Assembly: GCF_037042905.1 (NCBI RefSeq)
Contig: NC_087246.1
Coordinates: 4,714,001-4,778,000, forward strand
DNA: 64,000 bases
Source of the DNA: Lytechinus pictus
Taxonomy: Eukaryota
Direction of reading: 5' to 3'
In this document: piece by piece, positions 53,301 to 64,000 of the stretch
Layout of the letters: the number at the start of each line of letters is the position of its first letter
How positions within the stretch are numbered: position 1 is the stretch's first letter
Position numbers and translations under genes: made by a program
The notes under the pieces: model-generated
The model's input: the letters and a program-made list of their open reading frames with translations, nothing else
Told to the model about the DNA's origin: nothing
Databases searched by the model: none

Positions 53301-54866
53301 ATTGTCCCATCTTTCAAATGAAACCAAGGTTTACTTTCAGGGACAAATATCACTTGAAATTGGACAAGTACCACCATCGCTTGAAATGTGCAATTGTAGT
53401 AATTAAACCTGATGGGAATTCTTTCAATGGATACCTTCATTACCTTGTCCTTCAAAGAAACATTGCTTATGTGTGGTAAACCTACATGTAGGTACTCAAT
53501 GAAATTGGTTGAATTTGAAGAGCCAGTCGAAAGACAAGCTTCTGGGTTGATATTAATGGGGGTTGACTTTCAGAAGTACAGACAAATCAGATGTGGATTG
53601 CTCGATTATTTATACAACCCCTCCTTGAGTCTTGCTGTAATTGAACCTCTACTTTGATTGCCAATGCATCTACTTGTAGTGTAGATTCTTGATGAGAAAT
53701 GGTGAGCGTGGGAGAGATCTTGAAAGTAGAGGGAGCTGGAGCAAAAGAGAGAGGGGGGGGGTAGGCAGTGAAGAAAGAAAAGTGGAGACGGATAGAGAGA
53801 GGGAATGGGAAAGACTACATGTACACATAAAACTAAGTACGCTAGTGTAATGGAAAAGATATTTAAAAAGAGAAGGGGAGGCAGAGAGAACAGGATAGGA
53901 GCAATGTAAAGATATAATGTACCAAGGCCCTACAATGTGTACAGATAGATACATGTTCTTGCTATGTTCCATTATAGTATTTAAATTGTTCCTGGCACTT
54001 ACTCCACAGTTATTAAAGAAAGACAAATTCTCTACTTAATTATTAATGTAGACAAAACCAGTCAGCATTATGAGAAATGACGACAGACACCAACTGAACA
54101 AGAGAAAAAAGGTCAACAACATGCTTTCAAGAGAAAGATTACACACACGCACAAATAATTTAAGAAGATATTTTTCACTTGTACCAGTAGTGGAGATTTC
54201 AGACTTCAACAACAAAGCATGGTATGAAAAATACTCTACTCTCTATTCTATTGCTAAATCCTACAAAATTCATGACTCTGCTAATTCTTTCATAATGCAC
54301 AAACAGCACATTATCTTATTTCAACATCGAAGCACTAATGCTGACAACATTCCTGAGCTTTTAATCTCCAGCGGCGAGACACAGAATCATTCAGTTCCTT
54401 TCTGTATTAGCACAAAGATGGAATAGACAATGTGGAAGTTCACTTGAGAGAAAAAAAAACTCATCTTATCTCACTCAGAACATATCAAACTCATGAACCC
54501 TGGTCATGTTTGCTTTGAAGTAGAAGAGTAAATATTAAACAGAACTTGATATGATGAAGCAGCCAATAGGGCATGCTACTGGGTTAGTCAGGCACATGGC
54601 TGGTAAGTGTTTACTTTATATTGATATCAGTCAGATGATGATGTCCTATTACATGTACATATGAATCCAGATTGCCATTCAGACATCATGTATTGAGCGC
54701 AAAGAGAAGTATTATTAATCAGGATACTGTATAGCTAGTCTGTTACAACCAGGAATCTACCTGTGCATAATACTGATACATACATGTAGCTGCATTAATT
54801 CAACAAGTGCTGATATACCATATTTTGTATTTGATGGTTAACAGCAAATTTATGCAAAGAACAAAG

Positions 54867-55643
54867 TCCAGAATTCATTCATTCTTTGAGCAAAGGTAAA
54901 AGGGAAGGTTGTAAGGATCCTGAATTCATTCATTCCTTGAGCAAAGGTAAAAGGGAAGGTTGTAAGGATCATGAATTCATTCATTCTTTGAGCAAAGGTA
55001 AAAGGGAAGGTTGTAAGGATCCTGAATTCATTCATTCTTTGAGCAAAGGTAAAAGGGAAGGTTGTAAGGATCCTGAATTCATTCATTCTTTGAGCAAAGG
55101 TAAAGGGAAGGTTGTAAGGATCCTGAATTCATTCATTCTTTGAGCAAAGGTAAAGGGAAGGTTGTAAGGATCCTGAATTCATTCATTCTTTGAGCAAAGG
55201 TAAAGGGAAGGTTGTAAGGATCCTGAATTCATTCATTCTTTGAGCAAAGGTAAAAGGGAAGGTTGTAAGGATCCTGAATTCATTCATTCTTTGAGCAAAG
55301 GTAAAAGGGAAGGTTGTAAGGATCCTGAATTCATTCATTCTTTGAGCAAAGGTAAAAGGGAAGGTTGTAAGGATCCTGAATTCATTCATTCTTTGAGCAA
55401 AGGTAAAAGGGAAGGTTGTAAGGATCCTGAATTCATTCATTCTTTGAGCAAAGGTAAAAGGGAAGGTTGTAAGGATCCTGAATTCATTCATTCTTTGAGC
55501 AAAGGTAAAGGGAAGGTTGTAAGGATCCTGAATTCATTCATTCTTTGAGCAAAGGTAAAAGGGAAGGTTGTAAGGATCCTGAATTCATTCATTCTTTGAG
55601 CAAAGGTAAAGGGAAGGTTGTAAGGATCCTGAATTCATTCATT
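54867..55643. repeat. 50/51-bp minisatellite, ~15 copies
   Basis: Unit tcctgaattcattcattctttgagcaaaggtaaa(a)gggaaggttgtaagga, nearly identical between copies. Confidence 0.97.
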
Positions 55644-56783
55644 TGAAAAACAACTTCCTACATGATATTATTGGAGCATGAGTAGGTCCATACTTCCACC
55701 TGGTAATACTACAAATGCATGTGTACTGTATGCCTATTTACTTTATGTTGGGCCAGTTTGTATCTATGTACAATTTGCAAATACGGTGAAAAAACCCCAT
55801 CAATATTGTAGGTTCTGATATTGTCAATTCTCTTCCTTGTCTTATTCCACAACATGTATAGGCCTACCCAGAAACAGTTTACTTTAATTGCCATTTGCCA
55901 GTTTTCTACCAGCCCAAACTTTACTAAATCTTAATATACTAGCTTGATCACCCTTATTTCAAATTAATCATGAGATTCAAGAAACCCATATATCTATCAC
56001 TACACAAGACAGACCTTCTAGCAGTTGAATGTGTTTTGAGGCTACCTAGTATGGATATCATATCTGAGCCAAATCTTGGATGCATCTTAGCCTTTTGTTT
56101 TGGAATAAGTGGGATAATTCACCAATAGAGAGCAACTTCGCCAATGATTCATAATCAACTTAGGTTTGTTATCTTTGGTTGAGCCTCATAAACTAGCCTG
56201 CTTGCTACTTTTCCATTTCAAACATCCCAAGATATCATTTCAAACAAATCAAGATCCCAAGATTTGCAGGATCAAACATAGGTGGATAATTTGAAATCTC
56301 AGGCTGATCACACTACACTCTTTCACATGTCCTTCTTTTTAATGTATGCTTTCAGCTGCAAATTGATTTGGCTATCACATACTACAATTTGTGGGATTAT
56401 GTTGAACCATGAACCCTACTAGATCCATAGTTTAACAGAATATGAGCTGAGAAAAGACTTTGCAACAATTATGTCTGTATATATTGGGTGTCAATTTTTG
56501 TGTCTCTAACAAAAGGGCTATTAACACTTGATTTATAAGCAATTGCACAGCAAAAAACATAGGGCTGGATCAAGACTGAAGGGAGTGGAAAAATAATTTC
56601 AAAACCCCAAAAGGAGTCTTGTTGAAGGTAAATATCACAAAGTACATCGATTTCAAATGAAATACTACAAGGGTATGATTGAGTTTAATATGTAGTATGA
56701 TATCCAATCTATACATGCCCCCCCCAAAAAAAAAAAATATATATATATATGCATGTATCATCTCCTGGAAAAAAATGACTAAC

Positions 56784-56907
56784 CTTTAGTTTTGAAAGTT
56801 CGCCAAGGATCATATGCTCTGACATGTTGTCAAAGAGACCGTCTGTTGCTACTAAGATGATGTCGCCCTCTCTAACAGTAAAGAGTGAACTCGATGCTGA
56901 ATGTGGA
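56784..56907 (-). CDS. PPTC7: PPTC7 internal exon
   Basis: [41 protein letters not shown] with the ATDGLFDN metal-binding motif; cacag acceptor, gttagt donor. Confidence 0.96.
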
Positions 56908-57363
56908 CTGTGAAATACAATGTAGAAAAAAGGCAAAATCAAGATATTACAAACACTGTCTACAATAATTATTAAGTGGTGGCAAAACTGTGACGTCACC
57001 GCCATCCCCATCCCACTCACCCCCCACCACCGCTCCAAAAGTGTGTGGGTAAGCAAATATCAAAGCTTTTTTTTTCTTCTCTAATTAACAACAATCTCCT
57101 GTTATTTGATTCTTTCATATATATGTGTAACTGCAGAATAAGTTTAAGGAGATCAAGGTTAGGGAACAAGTTTGCTTTCTCCTTTCCTGTCAGCATTTTG
57201 GACATTCTGTTTGGCATTCTGAGAATCACTCTTTATTCATGTCTAAATTGTTATATCTCTCAACATTGCAAATATGTAATTCTTATCAAATATGAAAAAG
57301 TCAAAATAAACAACAATAATCATAACAAATAAAATGAGTTATAAAAAGCAACATACTTCTTAC

Positions 57364-57559
57364 CTATCACTTAATATTGTTCGTAAGCCAGGGGGTGCTA
57401 TCGATAGTTGAAACGGCGTGTTGAAATAATGCTGCTGTTCCTCTGACCGATGTACCACCCTACCAGCTCTGATGATTAGAAACCCGGAGTCACCAAGGTT
57501 TGCAGAAGCTACCGTCTTGTTGTCACTGTCAAATATGACAATGCAGGCTGTACTACTCC
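57364..57559 (-). CDS. PPTC7: PPTC7 internal exon
   Basis: GSSTACIV...ANLGDSGF...[21 protein letters not shown]; accag acceptor, gtaaga donor. Confidence 0.96.
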
Positions 57560-59743
57560 CTGGTTGGTAATTAATACAAAAAAATAATAAAATCACGGTT
57601 AAAATCATTAACTTCTCCAACAATAATTAGTGCATGTGGTACTACATGTACATGCAAATTTACATATGAAACATTAAACAATGAAAAATTTAGACATCAC
57701 AGCCCACAATTACAAACAGATACTGCGACATCCTTTCATTAATCTGAATCCCTTTAGGTGAATGCTTTTGAAATAATGGTACATTCTTGTCAACCTGAAA
57801 GCTTGGTTACTACATGAATAGCAACTGGTGATTTCATGTATTGTTGTTTTTCATTTCATCAAATATAAATTTGAGTAGCTTATCACAATGTACAAAGGAA
57901 AGAAAAACTAAATGCATAAACACAAATACAGATCCCATAAAGTTACAGAAACAGAAAATTAGAAAAACAAGTGATTTAAATGGACCCCTTTCCTGAAGTT
58001 TGCTTAATACTGGTTGATATATTAATTTTCTTTAATTAATAAAGTTTGTAAAAAGTAGAATTCAATTTGGATGGACAAGTTAGCTGCGTTGACCAACAAA
58101 CAAATATCCAAGATAAAATTTAGAACTTTGCTCATTGCCAATGCTAAAGATAGATCTTTATTGATTAAAGAAGAAATCACATTCCAATAGACAACGATCA
58201 AATAACAAAGAAGCTACCAAGTTTATTTCATTCAAATCAATAGATCAATGACTATTGCTAAATATCATCTCTCATCTCTGGAGTTATTTCTGAAATAAGC
58301 AAGAACTGTTGCAAAATTATATAGTCAGCCGAGAACTGTGATGCACCAACCCTGAGGTACCACATGAAAATCAACCATTATGGTGAATTTCATATTTATT
58401 TTTTTAGGGCTGTACCTTGGCTCCAAAATAGTATGACATTTTTTGTTGTGCTCTATTAATATTCATAAATCATAATGCAATCATTGCACTCTTGCCACAT
58501 TCATTGTTTACATTACCAGTGGGTACAGTGCATCATACATCAAAACAGCCATATATTCTTTTTAAAATTACATTCTATTCTGTACCTGTTGTAAATTGAC
58601 AAAAGTTAAAGATTGTAAACCTAACTACATGTATGATATTCAGGGGCCCAAAACACAAAGCTAAGCCTTAGCAATTATGGTAGAACATTTTTTTAAACAA
58701 TTGATTGCATTGACTACAATGTACAGTTAATCGTGAAAATCAAGCATACAATTAATCAATAAAACTTTGCATTATAGGACCCAGGGCACTGTATTACAAT
58801 TTTGTAATAAATTGATCCGATCAACCAAAACTATGGAAAGCCAGCAACGACATAGCATGTTTTTTTAACAAATTCTAGATGTATGATGTATACTATATTG
58901 TTGTCATGACAATTTAGTGTGCTTCCTCTTTGTGTAATTAAGGATCGTGCAAATTTCCTGTATGACATTAAATGACAATGATGGATTTCTATATGGTTGA
59001 TTGGATCAATCACAACACTTTGTACGCAAATCCTGGTTGAAAATACAGACTTTATTTCAGGCTTTGTAAAAATAAGACAATTCTCAATTGTACTGAATGA
59101 TTGAATCTAATGGAGATGCCGTTGTAGGCACTTGACTTCTCTGAACAGATTATAAAACCAATGACGCAAATTCAAAAGGTGGTTTTGAATATTAGAAAGC
59201 ATCGAACAATTAATGCATGCTATTGCAACAGGGCGCAAAAGTTAAATGATAGCAATTTTATCAACACTAACAGTGACTCAGTAGATTCAAAACAGTGAGC
59301 TCATTAAATTTAAAACAGTGGACTCATTAAATTTAAAACAGTGGGCTCATTAAACCTCTTTTTAGGGACAAGCATCAATAATACGCTGTGATAAAAGCTT
59401 GCATAAAATATTGAACCCTTTCTCAACATGCTGAATAAAGCATTAATGTAAACCATGTTACAAATTATGAGGCCATCCGCCATTGTCACTAGTTCAATGT
59501 ACTGGAAGAAATGACAGTCTTGTTATTGATGACACTCAAGCACAGGTAAAAGTATTAATTGAAAAAGGAACTGCAAATATCCCCAGCTAATCTGCTTGTT
59601 ATTTCCACACCCTTGTACACAACCCTCGTTAAAGATGACAGACTTGTGCAGTGTGCACCAGTCAACCTGAACTTTCAAAGTTCAGTCATAAAAAAACAAC
59701 ACTTAACACTGACTTAACTACATGTAGCACATCAATGATGTGG

Positions 59744-60693
59744 AGCTCATCCGGCATCTTGTAACGAAATTTAACACAATTTTTAATTTCAGCCCAGTTG
59801 ACACTGTACATAGTGAATTATATTGGTGCCATTAATTGAGGAAACAGAATTGAAATTGACGAAGAAATGATAAAGAAGCACTTTTTGTGATTTATGATTA
59901 ATTTTCATATTTCATAAATTAGCATGAATAATTTTCAAGTAAAAATTTCTAAATTCTTTTCTATTCATTGATGAACCTCATGTAGCTCTCAGATGGAACC
60001 AAAAACAAATAAAAATCAGTCAACAAATAAATAAGCATTTTTTGTGAGTTTTGAAAAATATTTTTAAATTAGCATATATTTAATGAGTTTCAAAATTCTG
60101 TGTAGAAATTTTGTATCCCCACCTAGAGCATCAAGCAAACAAAATAATTTTCTAGTCAAAATTTCGAAATTCTGTGTGGAAATTTGGTGACCCTGATGTA
60201 GCTCTACCAGATGGATGAAAAAAATATCAAAATTTGTCAACAAATAATAAAAGAAGAAGCATTTTGCGTGATTATGAATAAATTTTGCAAAATTAGCATA
60301 AATAATTTTCTAGTCAAAATTTCAAAATTCTGTGTAAAAGATTGGTGAACCTCATGCAGCTCTACCAGAAGGAAGAAAAAAAAAATCAACAAATCAGTCA
60401 ACAAATAAAGAAGACGCATTTTCTGTGATTTATGAATAAATTTCGCATAAATTAGCATAAATAATTTTCTACTCAAAATTTCACAATTCTGTGTAGAAGT
60501 TTGGTGAACCTCATAAAGTTCTACCAGATAGAAGAAAAAGAATCAAACTCGGTCAACAAATAAAGAAGCATTGTATGTGAATTTTTTAAAACACGCATTA
60601 ATTAATTTTGCATAAATTACCATAATTTTCAACTCAAAATTTCAAAATTCTGAGTAGAAGTTTGATGGACCTTCCGGCCGGATGAGCTAAAAA
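59744..60693. mobile_element. Helentron-associated (HINE-like) element with an internal ~170-180-bp tandem array
   Basis: Subterminal inverted repeat agctcatccggc (59744-59755) / gccggatgagct (60677-60688) plus an A run; 4-5 diverged internal units. Confidence 0.65.
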
Positions 60694-61628
60694 GGAAGAC
60701 AAGACAAGGAGGCAAAATTCCACAGAAGAAAGTCTCATAACTGTAGACATGTACATTGTGATGTCAAAATATTTTGTACATGTAGATACGCATGCTCAGC
60801 CTTTAGTGTGGTATGTTTGGTATGATTCACACTACCAGCAAAACTTTATTGAAGGTTACATGTGATTTTAATGGAATGCTATAAAACTAATGATGATGGA
60901 GTCTAATGAATAAACTAAATGAAAGTTTACCAAGAAACTTCTTTCCCCAGTATTTCTTAAATCTACTGTCTGATTAACTCTATCTCATAATAGTCAATAA
61001 ACCATTGATGGCCCACAAGGGTCAACCTCTCAATGAAATGTAAATATTATGGAGCTGACTTCTTTTACATGATCATTCACTCGAAAAATTTCTAAAATGG
61101 CACACAATACATCATGTCCTGTAGATGGGAGGTCCTCAAGTGCTTTCATTTATCTTTCAGTCTAGGAAAGCTTTCTTGAACATCTTGTATCATACCACTC
61201 TTTCACCAAGAACCATAAATATTGAAGAGCATTTCCTCCCTCTTTCAAGTATCATGACTCAGTGACCATGTTTCCCCACAATGCACCTGGGGACATCCCT
61301 CTCCCAGCCCCCTCTCCTACCCACCACGATATCATCATGTTGAAGAGTATGAATCTACCAATATCATGCTGAAGTGTGTCACATGTAGCCACTTCCTGGT
61401 TGGCTGAAACATTTTGTGATGTTGCTGAGAAGACACCATCATAGTAGGAGCAGGAAGAAATTAAAGTGAAATAAACTTGATTTCAAAATGCTATTAAGAG
61501 AAAATTCTAAAGATACTATTAAAATTGGTTCAAAGAGCGTTTGAAAAGAATTCTTTTCTTCGCAAGTCACAACCCATCTTCCAATTGACAATGTTTCAAA
61601 ATGGCAGGTTTTAGAGGGTGACTCTAAG

Positions 61629-61900
61629 GGTAAATTGCCAATTTGTCTACTGCCAACTCGTCCATTGGTCTAATATCCATTTCATTTTCATTCATTTTGC
61701 ACAATTTAACACTTAGTCCAATTAAACCAAATGGTGTATGGACTAAATGGCTATTGGACCAACTGGTTACCGGTATTAGACGGAATGGCATTAGACTAGA
61801 AAGTAGACCATGTGGTGAGTGGACGAACTAATTGTAGACTAAATGATAGTAGATGAATTGGCAATTGGACGAATTGGCATTTACAAATTGGAAATAAACC
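61629..61900. mobile_element. MITE with tagacc/ggacca short subrepeats
   Basis: gtaaattgccaatttgtc / gacgaattggcatttac inverted ends; periodic internal repeats. Confidence 0.6.
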
Positions 61901-62133
61901 ACTCTAAGCATCTACGCATCTACATGTACCTCCATGCTCTCTTACATCTTGTAGAGAAAGTTCATCTCGAGTCAACTCACAATTCTCTGTACAAGTATAA
62001 TTCATTATTTGAAACAAAATGTTGAGTTGCGATCACGATTTTCAAATCCCTTTATACAAAGCGATGGGGAGGGGACATCTTCTGGATCTACTCTAGATCT
62101 ACTCCTGGGTGGAGGAAGTAATATAGTACCTAC

Positions 62134-62313
62134 CCATAAGAGGTGCCTTGTGCTCTAAGAGCTCTTGGTAGCTTGTGGCGATGATAGCGACGGGAGCATG
62201 AGGATCAAAATGACCCTCCTTGACAATCCGTTTGCACATCTTCATCAGTTGGCAAGGAAACTGAGATGGATCAATGCCATAGTCTCTCCATCCCCCAACA
62301 CCATCAGCAACAC
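62134..62313 (-). CDS. PPTC7: PPTC7 mitochondrial PP2C phosphatase exon (exon 1 lies right of window)
   Basis: [19 protein letters not shown]...[10 protein letters not shown](G); 180 nt, phase 1/1; gaag acceptor, gtaggt donor. Confidence 0.96.
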
Positions 62314-62582
62314 CTTCACATAGAGAGAATGAACATAAGTCACTATTGAGTTCTAAAATCTTTGCGATCATTAAATAAAATAAAAATTGTTTGAGATCAA
62401 TACACATCTAATACAATGTAATAAAACTACATTTACATGTATGTGTACAACATGTTTGCACCAACATCATTATGACTATTTTAATGAAAATTTTTCATCG
62501 TGAATTGATCATCATGTCAATAACCAAAATAAAATATTTCTGAACTATTGTGTCATTGATCCCCAGTGACAATAATCATCAT

Positions 62583-62850
62583 TAGTGGTTAAGACTCTCG
62601 TCTTTCAATCTGAAGGACGTGGGTTTGATTCCAAGCCATGGCATGTTTTCCTTCAGCAAGAAATTTACCCACATTGTGCTGCACTCAACCCAGGTGAGGT
62701 ATGTAAATGGGTATCGGCAGGAAGTAATTCTTCAAAAAGCTGTGCGCACCGGAATCGTTACACTAGGTTAACAGAGGTAATATAGGAGCGCCTTGAGCAC
62801 CTAGCAAGGTGGATATGTGTGAGCACTATACAAATCCTATATTATTATTT
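62583..62850 (+). mobile_element. tRNA-derived SINE
   Basis: A-box remnant tagtggttaa, B-box gggtttgattcc, core-like ccttcagcaagaaatttaccc...aaatgggta, and (tat)n tail. Confidence 0.8.
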
Positions 62851-64000
62851 TATTATCATTATCTCCTCATTATAAAGATTTAACTCCTAATTCACCACCA
62901 CCCTCATCATAAATAACACTTTACACATACATGTAACTTTCTTATTCCTGGTTCAATTTCTTTCAACTTCCATTAGTCTGTTTTTCTAATTTTTCTTGTT
63001 TCACACAAATAATTTTATTACTAAGGCTGGATTCCCCATAACATCTCTAGCCAAGGGTGTTGTTCTCATTACGCTTTCTAAAACTAGTATACTGGAAACC
63101 GATTCAGGAAACCAGTTTGAAAGATCACTTTGCTAGCGTTCCCACTTGATCACACAAAAGTGGATTTCAAAATCACTTCACACAAAGCGATCTTGTTGCT
63201 ATAGAAACGCTCTCAGTGGGGTGACGCGATTCACGCAAAATTCGAAACCGTGTGGAGTAGTGCGCTCAAAACGTGCCAAGATCGCTTCCCGAAGAACGGT
63301 TGTGTCCTCACTTACGCTAAAACCAGTTTAACGAGGCAAAGCGATCTTGAAAACTACATCGCGAGGTGGTTTTCTGAACCGGTGTGGAAGATCGCTTAGA
63401 CCGTTCTCACTACACATAAAACTAGTTTCTACTAAAATAGTTTCTAAACTAGTTTTAGGAAGGTAGTGAGAACGGTGTCTATATTATCATCAACAGTGCC
63501 ACCTTCATTCTCATTGTAACATGTGAAATCATGAAAGTGTTGGAAAGTTTAGTTGTGTATCTTGTATTCATAGACTGCAATCAACAATTTTGTACATGAA
63601 ATCTCTTTGATACATTAAATGCAAAATATGTGCATTAAACAACAACCACAAAACATGGCGATCTTAAATTTACATGTAGTCCAACAGCATGGATGTAAAT
63701 ATGTGGAAGCTGGGACAATGTCACAATATCAACACTGTTGTTTTTCACATCAAACTGTGCTGATTCCTCTGACTGATTTGTGTGTGTGTGCGCGTGCACA
63801 CGCCAAACGAGCATTAGAATCATTAATTTATTTTTGCTTTCACTTTCCTATTTTAATGTGCAGTGCACCTTGCCATTATTACATGTTTAGGCATTGCTTT
63901 AAAAATATGATAATCAATGTTACTGTTAGACAGTATATTTTTATGTAGACCTACGTTTACATTTAATTAGAGTGAAATCACTGAATGTGGCTATACATTG

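Noticed and set aside
53670..54426. 118-aa ORFs in the PPTC7 intron
   Set aside because: No recognisable homology or convincing splice context; partly low complexity.
54850..55643. Repetitive ORFs or a CRISPR-like array
   Set aside because: Head-to-tail units with no unique spacers; frame broken by 50/51-bp variation; intronic eukaryotic context.
59289..59355. Three copies of a ~25-bp repeat
   Set aside because: Ordinary short tandem duplication.
62583..62640. Functional tRNA gene
   Set aside because: 5' acceptor stem missing, B-box degenerate, and continues into a SINE core and tail.

Overview
AT-rich, intron-rich eukaryotic genomic DNA. The repeat content suggests an invertebrate deuterostome such as a sea urchin, but this is inference only. 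Three spliced genes can be assembled by hand with canonical GT-AG junctions and consistent reading phase. (1) The 5' end of VPS29 on the minus strand: an ATG-only exon at 5213-5215 and a 192-nt exon at 9-200. (2) A complete 13-exon RAD9 checkpoint-clamp gene on the plus strand, 5433-26507, about 541 aa, head-to-head with VPS29 across a 217-bp spacer. (3) The last five coding exons of PPTC7 on the minus strand, 62313 to 36935, tail-to-tail with RAD9, with exon 1 beyond the window. This order and orientation match the human VPS29-RAD9B-PPTC7 locus. Introns and intergenic DNA are full of often nested non-autonomous DNA transposons, a decayed transposase, a Helentron-like element, a homogeneous 51-bp minisatellite and SINEs. 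The most unusual observations are a TSD-flanked 182-bp retroposon with an Alu/7SL-like head, a three-copy ~190-bp element with 9-bp TSDs but almost no TIR, and strong enrichment of TACATGTA-type palindromic octamers resembling excision footprints. Superfamily labels rest on terminal and TSD signatures only; no database searches were run.
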